From assembly GCA_016191325.1 (NCBI GenBank), contig JACPOV010000008.1, forward strand, positions 718,351 to 782,350: a stretch of DNA of 64,000 nt. Reading direction: 5' to 3'. Origin of the DNA: Candidatus Babelota bacterium. Its GTDB lineage: Bacteria; Babelota; Babeliae; Babelales; JACPOV01. A model generated the notes under the pieces. That model was given only the letters and a program-made list of their open reading frames with translations. It did not search any database and was not told the DNA's origin. Positions within the stretch are counted from its first letter, which is position 1. Every line of letters begins with the position of its first letter. The position numbers were made by a program, and so were the translations under genes. Of this stretch, positions 9,445 to 17,209 are shown one piece after another.

Positions 9445-10845
9445 ATGAAGAAAAAATTTATACCGGTGCTTTTGGCTGCCCTCGCCTTAGCTGTATGGCA
9501 TCGCACCAGTATGGGCATCACGATGCTCACCAAAAACGATCCTTACCCACTTTATACTACAGCCTATCCGTACCACTATCTCCTTTTTGGTGTAACTAAT
9601 TACTTTAAAGATATCACCGACTGCGTTAAAATTGATCGCGTCTCATTCCATGTTACCCCCTTTCATCAAAAAGCTAGCAGGGGCAGAGATTTTGAAGGTT
9701 GCATAAGATTTCTAGGAGATCTTGAAGGCCGCTGGAACATGCTCGGGCTTCTTTATGGCGCAGTGCCAACTGGCCAAAGTTTAGCAGGCACTCAAATCGG
9801 ATTTGCAAAACAACAAATTTTTCCTCCACTAGGGCCTAATGATACCGTCCCAGTAGAAAACGTATTGACCGATACAGGTTGTCATATTGGCTATTTTGCA
9901 GTACCACTCAAATATCGAAAAACCGGTGTTCGCTTTGAACTTGACGTCCAACCTTTTGAAGACTTTGGATTCACCATTCAAGCGGGACTCGCGGATATAA
10001 AACAAACACAAACCTGCCCATGCTGTGGCTTTATCGATCTTACCCCCACGGTAAGTTTAGATGATAGTATTTTCCCTGCTGCAGCTGTGCCTGTTATTGA
10101 ATCGCTTTTAATGTCTTGCACCGCCGCGACTCTCACCTTCAGCCAAATCGGGCTTGAAACATGCGACTTTGAAGAAGACTCTGTCGAAGATATGCGGTTC
10201 TTTGTTTGGTGGCGCCATGTATTTGAAGTAAATGCGAACAACTGTACTTATCCTTATTTTCTGTTTATTCCGTTTGTTCAGATTGAAGCAACTGCTCCTA
10301 TAGCCAAAACACAAAATCGACGAAAAGCGTTCGCGCTACCTTTTGGTAACGATGGCCACTCTTCGGTTGGGTTTACCGCAGGCTTCCATCTAGACTTTAA
10401 AGAAACAATCGAGATTGGGTTTTTTGGCGGTTACACAGCTTTTTCATCCAGAACCATTGATCTTTACAGATTACCAACGAGCCCCGTACAATCTGGCGTC
10501 TTTCCTTTTTCTACCACCGCGAAGGTACAACCGGGGCACAACAGCATATTTGGCGTACTTTTCCATGCATATCGTTTCCTTGAACGCCTCTCGTGCTGGG
10601 TCGAATACGACACCATTCATCATACTGAGGATAAAATAACAATCGAAAATCCGCCGGCTAATAACCCGTTTATTCCGCGGCAGCAAGAATGCCTTTCAAA
10701 ATGGCGAGTTCAAGTGCTCAATACAGCGTTTAATTATGAAATTTCACCTAATTTAACGCTTGGCCTTGCGGCGCAATGGCCAATCACACAAAGAAACGCG
10801 TACCGATCAACTACTCTTGCCGGTTCGCTCATTGCAACCTTCTGA
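9445..10845 (+). CDS. outer-membrane beta-barrel protein (porin/MOMP-like), Cys-containing
   Basis: Start moved to the ATG at 9445 (AAAGGA upstream). Signal peptide MKKKFIPVLLAALALAVW, alternating beta-strand-like pattern, C-terminal LAGSLIATF ending in F, and a CPCCGF motif. Confidence 0.65.
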   Translation: MKKKFIPVLLAALALAVWHRTSMGITMLTKNDPYPLYTTAYPYHYLLFGVTNYFKDITDCVKIDRVSFHVTPFHQKASRGRDFEGCIRFLGDLEGRWNMLGLLYGAVPTGQSLAGTQIGFAKQQIFPPLGPNDTVPVENVLTDTGCHIGYFAVPLKYRKTGVRFELDVQPFEDFGFTIQAGLADIKQTQTCPCCGFIDLTPTVSLDDSIFPAAAVPVIESLLMSCTAATLTFSQIGLETCDFEEDSVEDMRFFVWWRHVFEVNANNCTYPYFLFIPFVQIEATAPIAKTQNRRKAFALPFGNDGHSSVGFTAGFHLDFKETIEIGFFGGYTAFSSRTIDLYRLPTSPVQSGVFPFSTTAKVQPGHNSIFGVLFHAYRFLERLSCWVEYDTIHHTEDKITIENPPANNPFIPRQQECLSKWRVQVLNTAFNYEISPNLTLGLAAQWPITQRNAYRSTTLAGSLIATF

Positions 10846-10992
10846 TGTGATGTTTAAATAATACCTGTGGCTGCCTGCAAAAGAGCCGGCCTTACTAGAC
10901 ACGCCTGGCAAAAAGGGATATAGTTAAAGGCAGTTCTATAAACCTATTATTTACCCCGGCTGCGCTGCAGCTTGAAAGGATTGTGTTTCTCT

Positions 10993-11205
10993 ATGAGTAA
11001 GAGAAAAGCAAATATCGTTATCAACGTAAATGCAAACGTAGAAAAATCACTTAAGCAGCTTAAAAAGAAAATTGAGCGCGAAGGTGTTGTCCGAGATATG
11101 AAGCGATTAGGTTACTTTGAGCCGCTAAGCCAAAAAAGACGTAAACGCTTATTGCGCGCTATTAAGCAAAACTATATCCGCATGGCCTCTCAAAAGTTGA
11201 TTTGA
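10993..11205 (+). CDS. rpsU: 30S ribosomal protein bS21
   Basis: MSKRKANIVINVNANVEKSLKQLKKKIEREGVVRDMKRLGYFEPLSQKRRKRL matches the S21 pattern (VEKALR-FKRK-EKEG...R-R-YEKPS-KRK). The ATG at 10993 is preferred over the upstream TTG. Confidence 0.85.
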   Translation: MSKRKANIVINVNANVEKSLKQLKKKIEREGVVRDMKRLGYFEPLSQKRRKRLLRAIKQNYIRMASQKLI

Positions 11206-11216
11206 TCTCATAAGTC

Positions 11217-11594
11217 ATGGCCAACTTTGAATCCAAACGTGTACGCGATATAAAAAAAGCACAAAAAGAAAAATTGTTTTTTCGTGAAATATCGCAACTT
11301 TTTTTGCAAATGACGCTTGATGATAATCGCATCAGAGATATTCACGTAAACCGTGTCGAGCTTTCAGCTGATAAAAGTATGTGTTACATTTACTTTTACA
11401 CGCCAAAGGGCATTGAGGGCTTTAAAGAGAAGCTTGATATTTTGAAGCTCTACAAACCATCTTTGCGTAAAGCTATAGCAGCAAAAATTAAAGCTCGTTA
11501 TACGCCAGATCTTGTTTTTATGTTCGATGAACACTACGAAAAACAAGAAAAAATAGAACGGCTTTTTGACGAGATAAAAAAAACTGAGGAATAG
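11217..11594 (+). CDS. rbfA: ribosome-binding factor A
   Basis: 125 aa. KRVRDIKKAQKEKLFFREISQLF...IHVNRVELSADKSMCYIYFY...LRKAIAAKIKARYTPDLVFMFD follows the RbfA layout. Stop TAG at 11592-11594. Confidence 0.75.
   Translation: MANFESKRVRDIKKAQKEKLFFREISQLFLQMTLDDNRIRDIHVNRVELSADKSMCYIYFYTPKGIEGFKEKLDILKLYKPSLRKAIAAKIKARYTPDLVFMFDEHYEKQEKIERLFDEIKKTEE
11586..11590 (+). promoter_or_regulatory. Shine-Dalgarno (GAGGA) positioned for initiation at the ATC codon at 11598 of pilD
   Basis: GAGGA lies inside the last codons of rbfA, 7 nt upstream of ATC 11598-11600. There is no ATG/GTG/TTG in the pilD frame until 11829. Confidence 0.4.
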
Positions 11595-11597
11595 CTC

Positions 11598-12359
11598 ATC
11601 GAGCCATTACTTCTTCTGCCAATTTTTTTATGCTGGGGTTCATTCCTTAACGTTGCCGCTTATAGACTCATTCACGGCGGATCAATCATTTTTGGCCGCT
11701 CTTCATGCCCACATTGCCATCACATTCTTTCTTGGCCAGAACTCATTCCTGTTGTTTCGTGGTTTGCGCTGCGCGGAAAATGCTTACATTGCAAAAAACC
11801 GATTTCTTGGCTTTATCCATTCATTGAATTGCTGACAGCCTTTATATTTTATAGAATGGTAACTCAATTATCATCCACTTATTGGATCGCGTATTCGATT
11901 TTCTTTTCTGCATTAATTATTACTATTCGTACCGATATTGAAACAATGCTTATATCAAGATTTGTAAGCGCATTTCTCATTCCGGTAGGATTTTTGTTAA
12001 GTATTTTCGATCTATTGCCCATAACTTTTGTGCAAAGTTGTATTGGGGCAATCTCAGCGTATGTTTTTTTATACGGGATTGGCTGGCTCTATTATAAATT
12101 TACTCACCGCGTTGGCATGGGGCAAGGCGATGTCGAACTCATCGGTATGATTGGCGCTTTCTTAGGCGCTCAAGGCTGGTGGGCTTCGCTTATGCTCGCA
12201 TCTCTTGTCGGTTCATTTTCCGGTGCAATCATTCTCTTTGCGATTTCTGCAAGTAAAACTGAAAAAATCAAGCTTCCCTTCGGACCGTTTCTTGCTCTGG
12301 GCGCATTGTGCTATGTATTCTATGCACACTCTTTAATGAAACTATTTCTAGGCTTCTAA
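11598..12359 (+). CDS. pilD: prepilin peptidase (A24 family, PilD/GspO-like); start codon non-canonical or unresolved
   Basis: The frame opening at 11595 encodes LIEPLLLLPIFLCWGSFLNVAAYRLIHGGSIIFGRSSCPHCHHILSWPELIPVVSWFALRGKCLHCKKPISWLYPFIELLTAF. This carries GSFLNV and two CxxC pairs and continues into track ORF 11829..12359, which has the catalytic Asp regions IRTDIETM and GMGQGDVELIGMIG. Track ORF 11653..11835 is in the wrong frame. Confidence 0.85.
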   Translation: MEPLLLLPIFLCWGSFLNVAAYRLIHGGSIIFGRSSCPHCHHILSWPELIPVVSWFALRGKCLHCKKPISWLYPFIELLTAFIFYRMVTQLSSTYWIAYSIFFSALIITIRTDIETMLISRFVSAFLIPVGFLLSIFDLLPITFVQSCIGAISAYVFLYGIGWLYYKFTHRVGMGQGDVELIGMIGAFLGAQGWWASLMLASLVGSFSGAIILFAISASKTEKIKLPFGPFLALGALCYVFYAHSLMKLFLGF

Positions 12360-12890
12360 TTTTCTTAGTAAGTAATTTGGAATCGGCGGTATTTCTAATG
12401 CAAGCAGCTTTGGTGCGGCAAGAACTCGTTCATATTTAAAAAAATGTTTTGATTTTTCTTGGATTGTCAGCATATTCTTAGCAATTAACGAATATCCATA
12501 GAGTCGCCAATCTGTACGATTAACTTCAGATGTGAGTGCATTGGCTATAAGATCTAATGCTTCCAATGGCTTCTTGTGATACGTAAGTAAACTCATCGCT
12601 GCAAGGCGAAACGCACTGGTAAAATGCGGATCGAGTTTTTTCATAAGCATCATTCCATTTACAATTTCGTTTGCACCGCAGCGAGCAAAATCTTTTTGCA
12701 AAAACTGAAACCAATAAAAATCGGAAGCCATTAATCTCCAAGATCCTAAAAATTGGGCATATTCATAATGAGAGATTGAATGCCCGTTGCCCAATTTGGA
12801 TTCTTGCAATAAGACATTCAAAATAATCGAGAGTAGATAAACAACTACGATAAAAATGCAAACGAAATAATTTTCACGCCAAATCGTCAT
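12348..12890 (-). CDS. membrane-anchored helical-repeat (TPR-like) protein downstream of the pilin gene, hypothetical
   Basis: 180-aa ORF with an N-terminal TM (YFVCIFIVVVYLLSIILNVLL). Overlaps the pilin stop by 17 nt, suggesting co-translation. Confidence 0.55.
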   Translation of the reverse strand: MTIWRENYFVCIFIVVVYLLSIILNVLLQESKLGNGHSISHYEYAQFLGSWRLMASDFYWFQFLQKDFARCGANEIVNGMMLMKKLDPHFTSAFRLAAMSLLTYHKKPLEALDLIANALTSEVNRTDWRLYGYSLIAKNMLTIQEKSKHFFKYERVLAAPKLLALEIPPIPNYLLRKLEA

Positions 12891-13362
12891 GCGTAATTTT
12901 TATTTCATTGCGATGATCAACGGTGAGTCGATCGTCGGTACCATCCCCATCAATATCACCAATTGCTGCAGCTAGAAAAGTATTGGCATCAGCTTTGGTG
13001 TCGCCAAGGCTTGAACCACTCGCGCCCAATTTTCCAGTAAAACAACAATGACCTTCTTGGCCACTAAATCCATAGGTATAATAAAACCGTTCGTTTGCGC
13101 CGCCGCCTGAATATCCCTCCGGCTGCCATCCTGCGCCGTCTTTGCCAATAAGTTGCGTTGTATATTTTCCGTTTTCTGCCCAATACGCTTTTTCTGCTAA
13201 ATAAAGCGTTCCTAAATTCATATATGCTTCGGTCCGTTTTGCTTTTGCTAAAAATCTAAAAAAGCTTGGCATAGAAACCATCGATAGAAACGCGACGATC
13301 GCCACAACGATCATTAATTCAATTAAAGTAAATCCGCGACACTTTTGCGTGATCTTTTTCAT
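12874..13362 (-). CDS. type IV pilin / pseudopilin with class III signal peptide
   Basis: MKKITQKCRGFTLIELMIVVAIVAFLSM carries the prepilin cleavage/N-methylation motif (G|FTLIE). Strong SD (GGGGGGAGAA). The C-terminus has the Asp-rich loop GDIDGDGTDD. Confidence 0.9.
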   Translation of the reverse strand: MKKITQKCRGFTLIELMIVVAIVAFLSMVSMPSFFRFLAKAKRTEAYMNLGTLYLAEKAYWAENGKYTTQLIGKDGAGWQPEGYSGGGANERFYYTYGFSGQEGHCCFTGKLGASGSSLGDTKADANTFLAAAIGDIDGDGTDDRLTVDHRNEIKITHDDLA

Positions 13363-13593
13363 AGACTTGTTCTCCCCCCTAGCCCCTCATTCATCTGTTA
13401 CATTTTACGCAGGGAACGAACTATTAAGTCAATGATTGTCAGATAAATTTTTGGGTCGAATGAGCGTGGGGCTGCCACCATTAATAACTGCACCATTTTT
13501 AGAAAAATACCCGTGCTAATCCAATTTGAATAATTTACATTTAATCTGTCGTTTGCGTATAGTTGGTATAAAATGAAAATGTGAGGTGCATTT

Positions 13594-13998
13594 ATGAATT
13601 TTTTTTTTAAGCTCATTATAGCGGCAATAATAACGAACTCGCTTCTCTGCCAAAACTATCTAGATAACATTCCAAAATTTAGTCTTAAACAAACCGGCCT
13701 TATTAAAATGTCGATCGGTTCATTGATTATGTTTTACGGCGGCGCACAGTTTGGCATACCGGTTCCTTTTTTTTCTGCGAATCGATTTGAATCATTTTCT
13801 ACTCTTGTAAGAAGTGGAATTTTAGCAGGCACCGGTTTTACGCTTTTTGAAAGTGGCCTGAGTAACTACCATCAAGAAACAAACGTTGCTCTTGAGCCGC
13901 GTTCAATAATCCATCATTGGGAAGATCATTTTAAGAAAGCCGTGAAATACAGCATGCTCATAACTGCTGTTCCTCTTGCTCGTTTTTTAAATAAATAA
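13594..13998 (+). CDS. small membrane protein, hypothetical
   Basis: 134 aa. GAGGTG SD. Signal/TM N-terminus and 2-3 further hydrophobic segments. Layout resembles the next ORF (both have NIP shortly after the signal region). Confidence 0.55.
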   Translation: MNFFFKLIIAAIITNSLLCQNYLDNIPKFSLKQTGLIKMSIGSLIMFYGGAQFGIPVPFFSANRFESFSTLVRSGILAGTGFTLFESGLSNYHQETNVALEPRSIIHHWEDHFKKAVKYSMLITAVPLARFLNK

Positions 13999-14082
13999 TC
14001 GGCATACCGGAAAAAGACTATTGCTAATGGCGATTTTAAAAAAAGCTGTTATGATAATCTAAAGTAGTTGTCATTAAGCGAA

Positions 14083-14502
14083 ATGGATGCCATGAAAATT
14101 TCTACAAAGAGCCCGGCTCTCGCCTTGGCCTTTCTCATATTTTCAGCAAACGCTGGCGTATTGAACAATATACCGGTAGAAAAAACGTCAGTTGAACAGC
14201 CCAAAAGACAATTCGAGAAAATATCACGCAAATCACAAATGGCTCAATTTACTCTCGGGGCAGGCTTGGTTCTTATCTCCGCTTTTCTTATTGATACGAA
14301 TAAAAACAACTCACCCACTGAGGAAATTGTTCGGTTAGCAACAGGCCTACCAATATTTGGCATCGGATGCGAATTGGCCTATCAAAGCTTATCTGATCAT
14401 CGATTTACTACCGCTAAAGATTATTTCTATGGAGCAGCAGGACACACCGCGTTCGGTACGCTGAGCGTTCTCTGCATCAAATTCTATATTTCTAAGAAAT
14501 AA
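14083..14502 (+). CDS. small membrane protein, hypothetical (possible paralog of 13594..13998)
   Basis: Signal peptide KISTKSPALALAFLIFSANA plus further TM segments. Start ambiguous between 14083 and 14092. Confidence 0.5.
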   Translation: MDAMKISTKSPALALAFLIFSANAGVLNNIPVEKTSVEQPKRQFEKISRKSQMAQFTLGAGLVLISAFLIDTNKNNSPTEEIVRLATGLPIFGIGCELAYQSLSDHRFTTAKDYFYGAAGHTAFGTLSVLCIKFYISKK

Positions 14503-14736
14503 CCTTTCTTTTAGCTAAAAAACTGTAACTTTTGCCATTTTTTTACTTTTTTGTAAATAAAATACCCATATTTCCGCTTTAATTCGTAATTTGACATTTT
14601 TCGGGAATAATATATTCTATATGCATATAAGGAAAGCCTGAAATTTCAGTTTGAGATTTTAGGCTATAAAATCTGTCTGTAAAATTGTATTAAACTAGAG
14701 TGCGGCAATTTAACTACCGTCGAGTGGAGAAATCTT

Positions 14737-16161
14737 ATGATAAACCAAAATAAGCAGACGCAGGCGCCTAAGGGTGCAATATCTGGGTCTCAGAGAAACT
14801 ACAACGAAGTTGTGGAGTTTTTGGATGCTCGTTGGTCAGAACAACGAACAGAAAAGAACCTGGCAGCGGTCAAAGCGCTCGATAAAGCTTTAGGACATCC
14901 CAGCAAAAACGTTTCTACTGTTCTTGTTGCCGGAACCAATGGTAAAGGGCTCACGATCAACTTTGCAACGAGTTTGCTCAAAGAAGAAGGTTTAAAAGTA
15001 GGCGGTCTTTATAGCCCGCACGTTCTCACGTATAACGAACGCATCTCATTGAATAACGAAACAATTTCAAACAAAGCTTTTACTGAAGTTGCTAACGAAG
15101 TTATTAATGCTGCCGCAATCAATGATATCAAAGCTGATTCGCTCGATATCCTCAATATGATGGCACTTCTTTATTTTAAACAACAGAAAGTCGACCTTGC
15201 TTTATGCGAGTTATCTGACAGTTCTGTGAACCACCCACTCTCTCTAACAACGCCACAAGTCGTTGCGATTACGCGCGTTACGCAAGATAGCTCAACAATC
15301 GTTGATGAAAAAACGCTTGAACAAGAAGTTTTAAACTTAATGAAATTTGCTAAAGAAACAACCTACGTCGTTTCAGCAGATCAAAGCAAAGCTCATCTAC
15401 AATTAATGCTTGATGAAACAAAGCGTATTGGCGGCCGCTGGTCGATGCCAATTCGTAAGCTCGCACCACTTCGCTACCCATTTGAGCAGCTTTTTGGTCG
15501 CTGCGCAGCACTTGCTGAACGCATTGCACAAATTCATATCGATCACTTTGCCAATAAAGATTCACTCATTCCTGAAAATAGCTTACTAGCTAAGCAAAAA
15601 GGTCAACGTGGCCGTCCAACATTGGAAAAGAAACGTTTTGATGAATTGAATCCAAAACGTACTATCGAACAATTCTGGAAAGAAACAAATACAACACTTC
15701 CTGCTCACTTTGAACTGCTTGATAAAGAAAAGCCAACCATCTTGCTTGATAATGCACGAAATATCGATGCATTAAAAAACTTGCTTCTTGGTATTCGCTT
15801 GTTGCATTATCAACGTCCGCTCAAAGGGCTCACCTTTGTTTTTGGCTGTGATAAAAACAGACTTCATGTTGATGAGTTCTTGCGTTTGCTTCGTTATTTT
15901 TCAAAGAAAAACTCAGCAAACGTTATTTTCTGCCCAATATCTCATGCGGTTCCTGGTATTCAAACCGAATCATGGGATGTCGAGCAAATTACTAATGATG
16001 TTAAAAGCTTGAAAATTAAAGCTCGTTCTGCAAAAAACTTTGAAGAAGCATTCGATGCTGCTAAAAAATCGGTTGATGAAAGACACGGTCTCGTGGTTAT
16101 TACCGGTTCGCCATCGATTATTGCAGAATATTGGCATCACAAGGGAATTAAAAAAATCTAA
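14737..16161 (+). CDS. folC: folylpolyglutamate synthase/dihydrofolate synthase-like Mur-ligase family protein (divergent)
   Basis: VLVAGTNGKGLT P-loop and YSPHVLTYNERISLNNETIS are typical of FolC. The usual DGAHN motif reads DNARN here. GGAGAA SD. Confidence 0.65.
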   Translation: MINQNKQTQAPKGAISGSQRNYNEVVEFLDARWSEQRTEKNLAAVKALDKALGHPSKNVSTVLVAGTNGKGLTINFATSLLKEEGLKVGGLYSPHVLTYNERISLNNETISNKAFTEVANEVINAAAINDIKADSLDILNMMALLYFKQQKVDLALCELSDSSVNHPLSLTTPQVVAITRVTQDSSTIVDEKTLEQEVLNLMKFAKETTYVVSADQSKAHLQLMLDETKRIGGRWSMPIRKLAPLRYPFEQLFGRCAALAERIAQIHIDHFANKDSLIPENSLLAKQKGQRGRPTLEKKRFDELNPKRTIEQFWKETNTTLPAHFELLDKEKPTILLDNARNIDALKNLLLGIRLLHYQRPLKGLTFVFGCDKNRLHVDEFLRLLRYFSKKNSANVIFCPISHAVPGIQTESWDVEQITNDVKSLKIKARSAKNFEEAFDAAKKSVDERHGLVVITGSPSIIAEYWHHKGIKKI

Positions 16162-16164
16162 CCA

Positions 16165-16428
16165 ATGATTACTTTTTCTCAAAGCATTTTTGCAATTGCT
16201 GCGGGAATTATTGGTGGAGCAATTTATGGGCTTTTGTTCTTGCGAGCAAAGGCCCTTTGCCTTATTAAACCTCATTTTACCCCCATTTTAACCTTTCTCC
16301 GCCTTACGGGTTTAGCAATTTTTTTATTTTATGTATTGCGTAGCTCCATTTCTCATTCTATACTCCTAATAGTTAGCTTTTTTTCGGCATTCTGGTTCGT
16401 CATTATTAAGCACTCCCGGCAGCGTTAA
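16165..16428 (+). CDS. small 3-TM protein preceding atpB, AtpR/AtpI-like
   Basis: 87 aa, starting 3 nt after the folC stop. Helices IFAIAAGIIGGAIYGLLFL, ILTFLRLTGLAIFLFYVL (intramembrane Arg) and ILLIVSFFSAFWFVII resemble the N-ATPase AtpR layout. Assignment rests on pattern and position only. Confidence 0.4.
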   Translation: MITFSQSIFAIAAGIIGGAIYGLLFLRAKALCLIKPHFTPILTFLRLTGLAIFLFYVLRSSISHSILLIVSFFSAFWFVIIKHSRQR

Positions 16429-16471
16429 GAACTACGCGCTTATTGAGGGATCAATCTAAGGGCATGCGCTC

Positions 16472-17209
16472 ATGGAAGCGTTTGAAAATGGACAATCACT
16501 TTGGAATCCACTTGGTTGGTTGGGAATAGAAAACGAACTGTTAAAGTTAAACGGTTCGACTATTATCAATACCTGGATTGTTCTTTTTGTTCTTATAACC
16601 CTCTTGATTCTCGCTCGTATCTTTATCGCAAAAAGTACAATTTTAGCGCACCTCATAAAGAAATCGGTACAAAGTCTTATCGATTTGATAGAGCAAAACA
16701 TGGGAAAATTTATTTATTCCCACTTTTTGATGGTTGCTGCACTTTTCCTCTTCATTCTTGGCTGCAATTGGGTGATTCTTTTACCATGGACAAAAGAACC
16801 TACTACCGACATTAATACAACACTTGCGCTCGCTGTAATAGCATTTTTCTATAAAGAAATTGCCTGCATACGCGCTCGTGGATGGTGGGGTTATTTAGAA
16901 GAATTTCTAGAACCGTTTTTTATTATGGCGCCCATCAATGTAATCGGCCATTTTTCAAAAATCATCTCTCTTTCGTTTCGTCTTTTTGGCAATATTTTTG
17001 GCAGCTCAATTATCATGGATTTGTACACGCACGTTATTTCTACATTTTGGCTTACGGAACTGCTTGGCCTTCTTTCTGGGCTTAATATCGTTGTCGTTCT
17101 TTTCTTTGGGCTCTTTGAAGGGCTCATTCAAGCATTTGTTTTCTCAATGCTCACCCTTACTTATATTGGTTTAGCGGTGCAAAAAGATCATCACGGCGAA
17201 AGTAACTAA
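16472..17209 (+). CDS. atpB: F-type ATP synthase subunit a
   Basis: 245 aa. Contains the conserved ISLSFRLFGNIFG (essential Arg) and EGLIQAFVFSMLTLTYI helices. Confidence 0.85.
   Translation: MEAFENGQSLWNPLGWLGIENELLKLNGSTIINTWIVLFVLITLLILARIFIAKSTILAHLIKKSVQSLIDLIEQNMGKFIYSHFLMVAALFLFILGCNWVILLPWTKEPTTDINTTLALAVIAFFYKEIACIRARGWWGYLEEFLEPFFIMAPINVIGHFSKIISLSFRLFGNIFGSSIIMDLYTHVISTFWLTELLGLLSGLNIVVVLFFGLFEGLIQAFVFSMLTLTYIGLAVQKDHHGESN

Noticed and set aside
11653-11835. 60-aa ORF in the track (MPLIDSFTADQSF…)
   Set aside because: It is in the wrong frame over the pilD N-terminal region. The adjacent frame encodes the conserved GSFLNV and CxxC…CxxC prepilin-peptidase sequence and continues into 11829..12359.
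13398-13616. 72-aa minus-strand ORF in the pilin / 13594 divergent intergenic region
   Set aside because: It lies in an AT-rich promoter region, overlaps the start of the plus-strand gene, has no SD and has odd composition.
14591-14620. TTGACA hexamer upstream of folC as a promoter -35 element
   Set aside because: No acceptable -10 hexamer sits at 16-19 nt spacing. The TATATT lies only 14 nt away.
16456-17174. Several alternative-frame and antisense ORFs over atpB (16456..16701, 16501..16815, 16882..17085, 16891..17127, 16986..17174)
   Set aside because: The atpB frame carries the conserved Arg helix and full-length subunit-a similarity. The others are overlapping shadows.
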